DNA from: Ostrea edulis
Taxonomy: Eukaryota
Assembly: GCF_947568905.1 (NCBI RefSeq)
Contig: NC_079166.1
Location: 37,944,001 to 38,008,000, forward strand
Direction: 5' to 3'
Length of the DNA stretch: 64,000 bases
Both the position numbers and the translations under genes were made by a program. Position 1 is the stretch's first letter, and every line of letters begins with the position of its first letter. Of the stretch, positions 46,587 through 59,796 are shown one piece after another. Under the pieces are notes generated by a model. It saw only the letters and a program-made list of their open reading frames with translations. It was not told the origin of the DNA and did not search any database.

Positions 46587-47371
46587 TTACTCGGAACCGT
46601 TTGTTCGACAGTAAGGGTAGGCAGTGGCGGTAACGCCGTAGTACATTCCTTCAGATCCTTTCTTAGCGTCATAACCCCAGAACACACACTTGTTGGGACT
46701 ACATTTAGATGCAAGGAATCTCTTATATGTACATTCACAGGCTCGGAATTTACACTTGTCCGAGATCGACTCCACATAATATCCTACAGCTTTCAAATGT
46801 CCACAGGCTTTGTGGAATGTTGCTTCTAGAAACAAATGAAATAAAGACCGCTCAATTATCATTTAAACAACAAAATGCTTTCTTTGTTGTTTCATCGGGT
46901 GATGAAGGGTAGCTAGCATTGCAGAAAAAAATCATAAACCGCTTAATGTAATTTTTCTGCAATGATTGCCACCTTCATCACCAGCTGAAACAATAAAGAA
47001 ATTTTCCGTTGATATTTATATTATTATGCATTTTTTTAAAAATTTAAACTAGATTAAAGTACTAAATTATCATATGGTTGACCCATCCGTTACGTTAAAC
47101 GGAATAGCCAATGCACCCTTTGACCATGATGACGCTCCATATTTGGTAATTATTACGCAGACAGGTGGTACTGAAATACTGGATCGAACTAGTTTGCAAC
47201 AAACATGCATTCATTGTCACTGATGAAAGCAATGTCAATTTTAATAGATTTATAAGAGAAAAAATTTAGTGAATGTAAATATTATCTATAGATATTTAAG
47301 AAATAAAGTACGTGTGTTCATGGATTTTTCAGGGTCGAGAAATGTTGTTTTGAAATATAAAATCCTAGACG

Positions 47372-47413
<42 letters not shown>

Positions 47414-50400
47414 CGGTTCAGAAAAGTACAGACGATCGTTTCCCAATAAAGCTACATAGTAGGCAATTTTGTGACATCATACAGCTCCGAAACGGAATAG
47501 GAAATATGGAAATATACATATACCATAATCTTACTTTTAAGAGCATGGATCCTGACAGGTTTTTTCGGGTTATAGGTACATCCCGGTTGTCTTCTTCCAC
47601 CATTGACGTAGATATCAAGATGACCGCATGCTTTTTTCATTCCGTAACCTAATTGAGAGTGGAGGACATTAGCAAATAGACGGACCATACACATGGTGAT
47701 GTGTTATTATTCAAGCATCAATCACTTTGGGATATATTAGAATGAACTTTTTAGAATTTTTTTTCAAATCTGATCTCTTATCACATAAATGATATTTGAA
47801 GATCTGAAAAAATAAACTTTCAAGGGGCATTTGTGTTTTAAGTTTACTGCTGTTGAATGTAGAATTTTCAAGAACAGGACTACTATTTTAAATTCCATGG
47901 TCCTACGGGTAGTGATACTTTTAACTATTTTCTGGTGACCAAGGATTTTTCCATTGTAGGAATATTCTTTGATATTCTTTGATTTATTTCAATAAGAAAA
48001 GAAAAATATGCATCCTAAATTAATGCATAGTGCTTTCGATGTGTTATGCTCAATGTTCTATGTGACATACGGTAAAACATGGATATAACGAACCTCCAGG
48101 ACCAGCGAACAATAGTTCGTTATAACCAAATTAAACCCAATAAACATTTCACTATTTACCTCACATAGAGGAATAAAAAACAATTCGCAATAAGCATGAA
48201 TTTGTTATAAACATATTCATTATAAGCGTGTTTCACTGTATATAATTCACCATTCTATCTCAAACGTGTGATACGTAATAAATCAGTGCGAGCATATTAC
48301 GTATGGTGTTCACAATCAATGCTAATTACTGTGCTAAACTAGGAATGCGAAATCATTTACGTAAAATATTGCATTTAAAAGCATATTGTGTATGAATGTT
48401 TGAAAGTTTTATTCTATTTAAGTCTTTCCATAGAGTAAGATAAAATGCAAAATCAATGTTGTACCTGACTACTGTGCAAAGCAGGTACCCATAACGGTAT
48501 AATGCGAGAAGTATCCGGAGCCATCTGTAGTCAAAGACACATCAAATAACAAAACGCTAAAATTACTTTAAACGAATTACAGGTGTGTCTACTGCGCATT
48601 TCACCTATCGGAATTTTCAAATGTTTCTTATTTTCTTTTTTCAGATCATGAAAATACTAAAAATGGAAAACAAAAATTGAACATCTATACATCTAGACAC
48701 GTAACCTTTCACGTACAACAAATCCAATAATTAATTTAATGAATTCCACATTACAGATTACGTATTCACAAATTTCAAATTAAAAATTTAATATTCTTAT
48801 TGAACACCGTCTCGAGTATGCACGTACTGACAATATTTTGCAAGTTTCAAATGCCGTGAAATGCGTTATAGACTCTGCTGGTGGACTGTTAGTCCCCGAG
48901 GGTCTCTACAGCCCAGTAGCTAAGTACTTCGTTACTAGCTTGAATATACGAATGTATATTTAATTGCTGTTATAAAATTTAGAAATTCATTTCAAAGTTA
49001 AGGATTATCTCCCTCACGCATAGCTCTTATCCTTAGACGAATTTGACTCCACTTCTTTGGCACACTGTTTTCCACTATAGGCTAGTATCTCTAAAATTTC
49101 ATTGTTATTTCAGATTTCAAACATTTCGGTTGAGCATCACTGAAGAGACATTATTTGTCGAAATGCGCATATGGTGCATCAAACTTGGTACCGTATAAGT
49201 TTTACCCTAAATAGAATACAGTAAAACACGGACAGAGCGAACATGCTTATAACGAATTTATGGTTATAGCGAAATGATTTTCATTTCCCGTTGCTCATTG
49301 ATTTAAAACGTATTATGAACGTGTGTGATGTATCGAATTACTCTTATAATGAATCAATGAATAGGTGTCCGGTGCACTCTATTATTAGCGTGTATATCTG
49401 TGTTATATTGTTGTTGACATTTATAGGTTGATATGATATTTTAGCTACCTAAGGAGTACAATATTGACCGAACCCAGAGGACTATAGCATTTGTAATCAT
49501 TTTCTCACCAAACGGTCGCGCATCCGTGTGAATGATGTCTACAAATTGGGCGCTTTCTTTGTTGATTGCAAACTTTGAAGTTTCAAATAACGGGCTGGCT
49601 GGATCTAGACCTGAAATAAAGGATACACTTCATACCAGATGAATTTCATAAACCGATCTTAATGGTCGAATTTGGTTAATTGATGGAGTGTCCATTGATA
49701 AGTATTTACTACACATTTGAGCTGAAAATGTGGACATTGTGGTTCATAATTGTGATGTAAATGGGCATTTACTGACATATAGGATGTGTGGATCCGAACC
49801 TATTTGCAAAATGCAGCATATACGCTTTACATCGATGTTAATACATTTCGTGTTCTATTGGTGAACGTCATTCTTTAATAACCAAGCAACGCTAACAACA
49901 ACTAAGGAAGGGTGAGGGATAAGATGAATTATTTAAAATTTTAGGAACACTACAGACAAACAGTCAGGTGCATTGATTAATATGGAAACCGAGGGGAACT
50001 ATTTCCTCATCCTCTGTTCGTCTGTCTGTCACAACCTAGTTTTCCAGACTTCCCCCACTATGTTTTGATCTAAGAAGCTATATACGGTATGTGATTTCTT
50101 ACTGTATGTTTACGTATCATATACAAGTTTCGTTACAGGTGTCTGATTTTTATGAGAATTATGTGCTTAATGCACTCATTCAGACTGGAAAACTGAAATA
50201 TGATAGCTGGTTATGTAAGGAAAAGATATAAAATATAGATTCACTTTCGTTACGTTTGACATATTCTTACACAATTGTAACTGAAGACTTACGTAGGCTC
50301 ATGCTTGACTGAACGTTTTAATTATTGTATTCTTTCTAGTTCACCGTTTGAATTATAATTTTCATAAGACGAAGTATTGATGCCTACCCGTAATACGGCC

Positions 50401-51437
50401 AATCTTTCCCTTGGAAAGTCTCCCTGCCTCACCAGCTGCGTGTGCTCCCAAGCCTTGACCGAGGATATGAACCTTGTTCCACGGAATCTTGTTCTTTTCC
50501 AGAAATCTATAGACGTAAGCCCCGACCGTTTGAACGTTAGAGGCGGATTGAGCGTAGTTCACTCCCGCTCCCAAAGCCCAGTCAATCAGCAAAACGTTAT
50601 GTTTCCTCTGAAAACGATAAATAAACATTATTTGCTGATTTAGTTCTCTATGATTTAGGATGTAGTCATCAATTATTGAAATGAAAAGAATTCATTCTTG
50701 AGACTTAGTACAGACAGTTTGGTACATGTCCAATGTATATCCAAATGTTAACCCCCTCTTATTTGGTTGTGTGGTTGTTATATATAAGAAATAATCTTTT
50801 TTATTGTATAGTTGTTCTTGAATGCAAGATGATTAATGTATTATACGGTATTTGGTGCCACAATTTCAGTTTGAGAAAAGATATACAATTTGTGGATAAA
50901 AAATATCACATGCGTATGGGTTAAGTCTGATATTTTTTGTTAGACGTAAATATTATTTGAATTCGAATAACTAAGTTATCTAATTCACAAGGTCAACAAA
51001 ACCTTTAGAATTAATCAATTTGTCTGTTACAAGTTGTTGCAATTGGTGATGCATGTAATACACATCAAAAATGTTTGACTTGGCAAATAAGCATGGATAA
51101 GGCCTAGTTTTGTCAGCTATGATTCGTTGTAAAAAAAAAAAAATGGATACCGAAAAATAAAGACACAAAGCACCAATACCTGACTTAGAGTGGCAGCAAG
51201 GTCTCGTATTTCCGGAAGTGACGTATCCACCAAGTAGCCATGGATAATGACGTCAGTCTCTTTGCTTCGATCAAAACTCTCGGGAAGGGCAGTGTTCTCT
51301 GATATTTTATCCACTCCTTCAAACCAAACATTTTTCAGCTTCATTTCCTCGGGGCTCTCTGGGCGCTTATTGAAGCGTTTGCTCATACACATCTTGACGG
51401 CCAAAATTGCAAAGCACAGATTGGTAGCTCTAACCAT
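46587..51437 (-). CDS. Pancreatic-lipase-family protein lacking the catalytic Ser (GQGLG), about 310 aa, no PLAT domain
   Basis: Exons 51180-51437, 50388-50607, 49509-49610, 47535-47648, 46587-46825 (933 nt, GT-AG, phase-consistent). Motifs IIHGY, NVLLIDW, HILGQGLGAHAAG, GLDPASP, FVDIIHTD, GHLDIYVNGG..QPGC, CGHLKAVGYYVESI..KCKF. Confidence 0.9.
47373..47411 (+). repeat. (TA)n microsatellite
   Basis: About 19 TA units in lipase intron 4. Confidence 0.95.
48070..48238. mobile_element. Tc1/mariner-type MITE (a related copy lies at about 49215-49400)
   Basis: TA-CGGTAAAACATGGATATAACG ... TTATAAGCGTGTTTCACTG-TA. Confidence 0.7.
48860..49205 (+). repeat. Hammerhead-bearing dispersed repeat, longest copy
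   Basis: GGTGGACTGTTAGTCCCCGAGGG...TTCGTTACTAGCTTG...AATTGCTGTTATAAAATTTAG...GGTACCGTATAAGTTTT; in lipase intron 3, antisense to the gene. Confidence 0.85.
49130..49182 (+). ncRNA. Type-I hammerhead ribozyme copy 3 (AUA cleavage triplet)
   Basis: TTGAGCATCA CTGAAGA GACA-TTATT-TGTC GAA AT-GCGC-AT A TGGTGCATCAA. Confidence 0.75.
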
Positions 51438-51769
51438 TGCTAGAATGTAAAAGATGAATAGCAATATACAACAGTGGTCTCTATGATATTCAGGGAAATG
51501 TCAATGTACTAGCCGTCTGGAAAAGTGAAATTCAATCTTGTTTGATTAAATTAATATATTTGAAAAACGAGTTCCCATTTTCATACTTAACAGGGACAAG
51601 TGATTATGATTTAAATTTTGCGAAAGGTGTCTTTGTAGATTTGTTATCATGATGATATAATTTGCAAATACAAGCTATCACTCAGTCGAATGCGATAGGA
51701 CGTGTTTCATATCAATTGCTAGGTTCTTCATTACGTTCCGTTTTTAACTACATAATACCCATGTTAACC

Positions 51770-51930
51770 TGATCCAAATATAGGGCTCACACCGGGTGTG
51801 ACCGGTCAATATGGGGTGCTAACTTCTCCTAGACACCTGATACCACCTCTGCTGTATCCAGGGGTCCATGTTTGCCCAACTCTTAATTATGTATTCTTTA
51901 TAAGATTGATCACTGATCGTTATTTTATCA
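51770..51930 (+). mobile_element. Penelope-like 3' end fragment
   Basis: ATATAGGGCTCACACCGGGTGTGACCGGTC...GATTGATCACTGATCGTTAT, as at 13790-13985. Confidence 0.65.
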
Positions 51931-54079
51931 CATAACATAGCACTTCATACCCCAGTGAAGCTTTATAATGCTTATCCATACACCCATTAGAGAGGAACAA
52001 GCAATTTCAAAATGTGACACTAACCATCCTCCAGATAATGACGATTCATTTTAAGACAGCTATCAGTCATCGGTATTTTTCTTCGAAATCTGGCCTATGC
52101 TAAGCTGCAGTTATGTTGTAGATTTTTTTTTTAAAATGACTGAGAATTTTTGTCGTCATTATTCTTTTTAAAAATTCCTTGTATTACCGGTATATTCTGG
52201 TCATGTTGTTATGTGACTTGTTTGAGCCGGGGTCTAACGTTGTGACCTCTGACCTCCCAGACCTCCCCAAAAATCATTTGAAATCGAAATTAGTTTGATT
52301 TGGAATGTTCATAAAATAAAAGAATACCACAAATGCAAATATAAGAACAGCTAATTTTAAAAAGGTTGAAAAAATCACTAAACATGTAAAATGAAACAGG
52401 TACAGAAAATACCAGAATATCCCAACTGAGGTCTTTCGTATCATTTAACAGCTTTTAATAAATAAGCGAGTAATTTGATATGTTACGAAGAAGTAACTAC
52501 TTTTGCAAATTACCTTCATTATTGTTCATGCCGGATGACACACTGGTCTCGTCACCACCTGCAACGGTACTAATGTTACTTTCCTCTAAATCATTTGAAA
52601 TTTGTTTCAATTTATCCAGCACTAGCCAAACATAGTGCAAAGTAATCTATATTAGAAAGCTACAAAAATATGTTTGCACTTCTAGATGTGTGATCAGTTG
52701 TAATAAAATTTAGCTACATTTGGAAGTTGTACGTTTGTGCAAATACTGCAAAGACATCTAATCTGTATGTGACGTCCGGTTGTATATTATACCCAAAAAG
52801 TATGGCATGTTAAGTTGTAATGATTTTTAACTAGTGATAATTTTCGAAATACGATTAGTCCAGCTTTTCTCCCATATGACGGTATAATCTCATATACATC
52901 TCAAAGAAAATATATTCTAACACGTGATACGATTTTAATTTATGATTTATAAATCCATGTCGACAAAATACCCACATAACTTGTAAATTGATACTTACGT
53001 TTGCCAATTCCAGTACACACTGAAAAAATAAAGATTTGGATAAAGCATAGCAATATGTTGATGTTTATTTTTATGTAGAGCAAATGCTAGGTCAGACAAG
53101 TTTAAATCTGTGTGCTTATCGCTTTCTTTGAATCTCTCTCTAGATGAAACAGATGTAACTTAGTATTACCAAATGTGAACATGACACTACGTGACCCTGT
53201 CTTTTTTTGAAAACAGGCTTTGCAACATCCCATCACCACATTCATTATTTGAAAGAAGCTTATCTTTTTTACGATTAACAATAAGTTTTACAACTTCTAA
53301 TGTCTCTCGATGACTCGGATAACTGGGCGCTAAGACGTCATTCGTCTTGTAGGAATATTATTGGCTGCTTTATCATGACAACGTTCTTGTCTAATGTGCG
53401 TTGTGATGTCAACGAGATAGTGATAGTCAAGCTTTGGTCTTACAACACACACCGTATGTGCAAATGTATCATATACGACAACGAAACAGTAAAACATTAA
53501 TAAGGTAGAAACATCTTACTAGCTCCATGGTGGCAGTTGTAACCATGAGACGAATGGGCTCCCATTGTGTAGTCTCAGACACTGCCCTTTGGTGATAATT
53601 CGTAGTTTTTATACTTTTAAAACCATTGATTTCATAACACCCATATGTTCATCAGTAAATATTACAAAGACAAAGTAAATGAAAAGCGATAGTATATTAT
53701 TTATTTGATGGCAAGTGTCAAGGTACTACGTTAAGCAACTCCACATGTATTTCTTATCAATGTTGAATTTGTCAGCTATGTACATAATGGTGCATGGCAA
53801 AATATATATGCATGAATAATTATCTTGCAATATCAGAAAAATATTGCACATCTGTCATCAATGATGTTTTACCTTAATATTTTTCTTCGAACGAAAATTG
53901 TACTCCAGAAATGTTTACAATGTTGCTTTTCATGGGAAATTTGGTATTTTCTGAATAACTTATAAAATAATTATATGCAATACAAAATATAGGTATGTCA
54001 GTTCTTAAATACAAGAATGTACGACAACGAGATGAATATATTAGAATATAAAGCACGATTAGATGTTGTGAAAATTTGC

Positions 54080-54730
54080 GATAGTCCTCTATAGTTAGTG
54101 GAGTCACAGACGTTTTGAACATTAGAGACATACACTATGAACATTAAAGAGACATCCTTGTATAGTTAGTGGAGTTCAGAACTTGTGAACATAATAGAGA
54201 GACAGTCTTGTATAGTTAGTGGAGTTTTCAACTCGTGAACATTATGTGGAGAGACAGTCTTGTATAGTTAGCGAAGTTTTCAACATGCGAACATTATAGA
54301 GAGACAGTCTTGTATAGTTAGTGGAGTTTTCAACTTGTGAAAATTATAGAGAGACAGTATTATATAGTAAATGGAGTTCAGACTTTGTGAACATTAGAGA
54401 GACATTTGTGAACTGTTAATGAACTCCTGAATTTGTGAACATTAGATAGACATTTGTGAACTGTTAATGAACTCCTGAACTTGTGAACATTAGAGAAACA
54501 TATGTTTATAGTTACTGGAGTTAAACCTTGTGAATATTATAAAGAGGAAGTCTTGTATATATATTAGAATCAAGACATCATAAACATTAGAGAGGCATTC
54601 TTGTATAGTTAGCGGAGTTCAGACTTTGTGAACATTAGAGAAACAGTGGTGCGCGGTAAGTGGATTCGGGCAATTGTGAACATTAGAGAGACAATCGTGT
54701 ATAGCCGCTGGAGTCCAAACCTAGTTAACA
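54080..54730. repeat. Degenerate about 50-bp tandem repeat
   Basis: Recurrent GTGAACATTAGAGAGACAGTCTTGTATAGTTAGTGGAGTT... Confidence 0.85.
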
Positions 54731-55919
54731 TATTACCATACCTCAAGGGAATGGCACTGCGATTACTGAAATCTTATTGGTTGAGCAAATCACATGATTG
54801 AGTCGATTCATGTAGCCTAGTACCCGAGGCCTTCCGATTCGTGTACGGCATCCCTCGGAGGACCTCGTCTACTTTCCATAAAGTCTAAATCAATGTAAAT
54901 CGTGATTATTGTGACGTCACAATACATCTGAGTCATTTCCCGTAAATGAATTCTCATAATTTTGTAAGGCAAAGAAGGATTTTCCTACATGAAATTTTTA
55001 TACGTTTCATCACCGACCGTGCAAGTAATCAGTATTCAGGTAGAAAGAAAACATAATAAATGGCTTTCATATATATTTTATTTCGTTACTTGGATGTTCG
55101 AATACGTATACGGCGCGATGCTACTGTTATGGCTAGATCAGGTAAACAGAAATGAGCGGGACAGACCGAATGGATGGGTGCTGAACCATGTGATCCATTG
55201 TGTCTGCCGTACTGACAAAAAATTGTTACAATACATATATAGCGTAGACAAATATAGTAAATGTCAGCGTGGCCAAACGTCATTTAGATACAACCATTCC
55301 TACACAGGATAAAATCGTGCTTTTAACGTAGACTGCAACCAACCCCTACGGTACTTTACTATGAACAGTGGACATGTCCGCGAGGCGGGGTAAGATAGTG
55401 TCTCATATTTTTCTCTATTCAAATAATTCATAAGAAATATGTAGCCTATCAGATGAGGCAAGAAATTCTGGATTGAATGATAAACCCCGTGCTCAAACAC
55501 TTCAATACAGTTTCAAAATTTCGTGTAAATTGGTCTCCGTCGGTCGTTTTCTTCATTTTGTTAGAAAACAGAAAAAACGCCTAAAATTCCATTACAACAG
55601 TGTAAAGACAGGATCACTACAAATGTATACCATAAACGTCAGGAAGAAAACTTTGCAATTAAGTCGATTATGAATGATAATAAAAATATCACGCCAGATA
55701 CAACCATTCTCTGAAAGTATAACGTAGGATAGAACCTTTTCTAATACATTGACAATATGCAGCTATGAATATTTTCTAATGTTTTTGTGATGACATCTGG
55801 CGTTTTCGTTACGTTTTTAAAATTTGAACATTAAACTTCATTGTTTATTTATAATATACGACGTACATTATAGGTGTCCCAAAGGGAAGAAGATTTTCAA
55901 GAGGGTTTTAAGATGCATT

Positions 55920-56250
55920 CCGTGGACACCATTTCCAATTGAGTAGCAATTCGCAAATTCTATGGTCGTTATAAGGATATAATTTGCAGAGCTGTCACGT
56001 GGTCGAATGCTGTCTGATGTATTTCATAACAATTATTGAGCCGTTCTTTACACGTTGATTTTGACTACGGATTACTCCGTTTACCTGATCAAGATATAGG
56101 ATTCACAACAGGTGGGACCGGTGAACATGTGATGCTTACTCCTCCTATGTACCTGATCCCACCTGTGGTATATCCAGAGGTCCGTGTTTACATTTCTCTT
56201 CATTCCGTATATTTTATATGATTGATAAGATTGATTACCGCTCGTTATCT
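55920..56250 (+). mobile_element. Penelope-like 3' end fragment
   Basis: GCAAATTCTATGGTCGTTATAA...CCTGATCAAGATATAGG...ATGCTTACTCCTCCT...CGTTATCTTC. Confidence 0.65.
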
Positions 56251-57914
56251 TCTTTTGTTCCTAATTATAATGGTATCACATTCCCAAATTCTAAGGCATT
56301 ATAGATCGCCTCAATCTTTTTTTTTTTATGTATAGAGGAGAACATGCCAAATGTAGTTTCCAATATTTTTTCTAATAAATGTTGTCATTTGAAGCACAAA
56401 TAGTGCTTTAGACTTGTCAAAATCAACAATCTCACAACTTCAACAAATCACTTTCGACTTGAAAATTGCAATACACCTAGTTTAATGAATTCAAGTTGTC
56501 TGCACCTTTTCATAAGCAGGGTTGTAATTTAAAACTATTCAAAAACATATTGGAATGTATTGTACAGTAAATGTTGTACATAGGATATTGTGTCCTTACA
56601 ATAGCAGGTTATAACAGGCATTGTCACATGATAGACTCGTCACATGATCACAGTACACGTGGTACACAACGAGGAAGGAACTCTTGACAATGCAACTACG
56701 CTGTTCGTTTTTGTTTGAATATAGATATGATATCTAAAGAATTCCCAAAGGTTTATATAACCCCTATCAATTGCAAACATTTTATCGCCAAAGAAAATGG
56801 AAGAAGCCGGCAAATTTAAGACTTTTAAAGAAACGCATATGTTGCATACAGTCGAATGAATACGTACTGAACAAAGTGAATTGCTGTGTCTGTCGTGCTG
56901 ACAGGCGACAGTACATACATGTTAGATAAATACGATATAACTTCCAATAAATTATCAAAAACAGATGATCATTTTTCTGAGAAGAGACTTCAGGTCCCCA
57001 ATGTCTATTCTCAGAGAAGGGATCACCCGTATGATGAGAATGGGGCGCGCCAGCTTCCATTCGCATCATACAACCCCCGAATGCCAAAGACCATCTTATA
57101 TGGTCTAGATTTTCATCAAATTTCAAAAAACGGCTTCAAAAATGTGAATATTAATATTTCATTAAACAAAAATGGGAATGTTGGAATATTATCTCTAATT
57201 AGAATTGTTTTGTACATGACGTTTCACATAGGCTGTGAAATCTTGAATATTCAGATGCAGTCTGGTCATCCATTTTGAAGATAAATCAAAACAAAATTCA
57301 GATTTTCATTCAAAAAGTCAAACTGAAAGTAAACATTTTATCGAAACAATGTATTGGCTCAAGGCCAATAATTGGAACGTGCACAGGTATCACGATTTTA
57401 AAGGGCATGCCTTGACTTACAGGTATCCAAATAACATTTTCCCGCGTTTCCTAGTATAGCGGGGAAAAATTTGTATTGACGTTTCGAATGTTATATAATT
57501 TTTATGAATGTTTTCTATTGGCTTTAGCCAATCAGATGTTAGGAAAGTTAGTGGTCAGTGAAGGGCTCGATTATTGGTCATTCTCCAGCCGCCTTCCGTG
57601 CTGTTAAAACTGTTATAACTTGTATAAGTTTTTATTTTACAATTTTGTAGAAAAATATTTATATCTTGCCCAGTTTCAGAGTAAGTTTTTGCCATAACGG
57701 TTTTTATTTCTGTTTCCCCCTAGATCTGATGTAAATTGCGAGTAGGAAACCATCCGCATTGTTTTTGGTCAATTTAGAATGAGTAATTTGTATTATTGTG
57801 TTTTTCTGAATATCAGTTATATAATTATATATGTTTATATTGTATTTGAGAAATTAAAAGTGGCGTCCAGTTGCTACAGCGGGCTGTCGCAAATTTATAT
57901 TTGCGTTGTGTTGT

Positions 57915-58162
57915 TATTTAATTGCTGTTATAAAATTTAGGAATTCATTTCAAAATTAAGGATTATCTCCCTCATGCATAGCTCTTATCCTTGGACGAAT
58001 TTGGCTCCACTTGATTGGCACGCTGTTTTTGGCTATATTTAGATCCAAAACTTCATAGTTATTTCGGATTTCAAACATTTCGGTTGAGCATCACTGAAGA
58101 GACATTATTTGTCGAAATGCGCATCTGGTGCATCAAAATTGGTACCGTATAAGTTTTACATT
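57915..58162 (+). repeat. Hammerhead-bearing dispersed repeat, copy 4
   Basis: ATTTAATTGCTGTTATAAAATTTAGG...GGTACCGTATAAGTTTTACATT. Confidence 0.85.
58084..58136 (+). ncRNA. Minimal type-I hammerhead ribozyme, consensus-intact copy
   Basis: Stem I TTGA.GCATCA/TGGTGC.TCAA; core CTGAAGA; stem II GACA/TGTC; GAA; stem III AT-GCGC-AT; C17 in an AUC triplet. Confidence 0.82.
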
Positions 58163-59796
58163 TAGATATGAGGAGAATGAATACTGTGTATTTCTCACTG
58201 GTGAGAAATGGAAGGCACTGGATATGTCAGAGGTGTCTTTGTCACTTGTCAGAAACTTGAAGGAAGTGTACTTTTTAAAAAAAATTGTAGTTCCTCTGTA
58301 GATTAAGATTACAGGATGCGCTTCGGGGGTTCGGGGATCTAAATTTTCATTCGCTTTATTTCGAGTGGATGTATATCTTGAATATCTTCTCTATTTTGTT
58401 TTACTATTAACAAGTTAATGCATAATATTACGTCAAAATGTATCAAACATTTCGTAACTAAAAAATATGTCACATTCCAAAATTTTACCGCAATAAAGGT
58501 TTTCTTATATATATTTTTTACAGACAAAAACATGTCAAATGTAATTCTGATATTGCTTTCTGACAAGTGCAAAAACACCACTATTCACAACAGAAAATGT
58601 CAGTCATGATATAAAAACCATTTGTGATAAATGCTGCATCAATGAATTTTATGCGCTTGTGTTTATTAATTCATTGACAACTTAAAATTTTCGAATACGC
58701 TTTTTATTATCTAAACATTCAACGGATAATGCATTGCGTAACTGCAATACCAAAATATACATTTAACATTTCTGAATTTACATTGACAGAATGGTGCATT
58801 ATGTACGTGTAGTTACAAAATAGAATACTTTTTATATCGACAGAACTTTTCTTTAATCGTAATTTTTATGACAAAACAAGAATGTTCAACTTAAAAGATA
58901 TATTATTTTCGCAAAGTTCATACATTTACCTACGCAACAATATTTGGGAAATATGTGATATATTGTCATTTTATGATTTTTGCGCAAAATGAAATGATGT
59001 GCCTATTCAACCCACACTTAATCTACACACTAAATGTTTTTGATGAACTCCCAACAGTATCGCTTTGACAGTTCCCATAGAAACGGATATTTTGAAACTC
59101 GGGGGAAATCTCTGTATCGTCGACTGACCAGTTTCGGTGACCTTAGTGATAAACCCCGATTTTCTCATTAATCACTTGGATTAAATAAATTAATAATACA
59201 CCTACCTTTAAAGTAATTAAATTCCTTTACTTTCATTCAAAAATTCCAAATCCATTGGCATATTAATTGAATATATTTTCGTAACAAAAACATGTCACTT
59301 TGTGCTCCTAAAATGGTGACGTCACCTATTTCGGTGACCATTGTTAATACAGGTTTGCCAAAAGTTTGTAACTGTGAAAACGTACACATAGAAGGAATGT
59401 GCAACTAAACGTCAATTAATAAAATAACATAGTGTAGAATTCTAGACTTTTGGTATACAATGTACTTTATATTAATTTGAAGGTTTGCTTGAAAAAGTAA
59501 TAAGTAAATGGGCTTATTTTGGGGGTGCTGGTGTTGATTTATTTCATACTCTCCTTCTTTTAGTTCATTTTCGGGGGGGGGGGGGGGGGGTTGATGACAT
59601 GCTATGTGTATGTTTACAAACACTATGGCGAAATTGATGACATAATCAACATCCGGAAACGACAGCGCGCACATGTAAACAAAAGGTCACTGATTCTGGT
59701 CAGTCACCGAAATAGGGCATGTAATGTTCCGGATTCCGCACGATTTGGTTTTGTATGTTAGCACATATACTTCCTTAATGAATAGTTTGTAACCGC

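Noticed and set aside
55094-55140. Signal-peptide-like plus-strand exon MFEYVYGAMLLLWLDQ|GTAAAC
   Set aside because: No phase-compatible downstream exon without a stop could be found.
59327-59717. Short inverted repeats CCTATTTCGGTGAC around a poly-G tract
   Set aside because: No TSD or family assignment supportable; left as an unclassified possible MITE.
59720-59796. Complete Gypsy 5' LTR and PBS
   Set aside because: It begins with TGT, but gag starts about 75 bp later with no CA end or TGG PBS visible, and the 3' LTR is outside the window.
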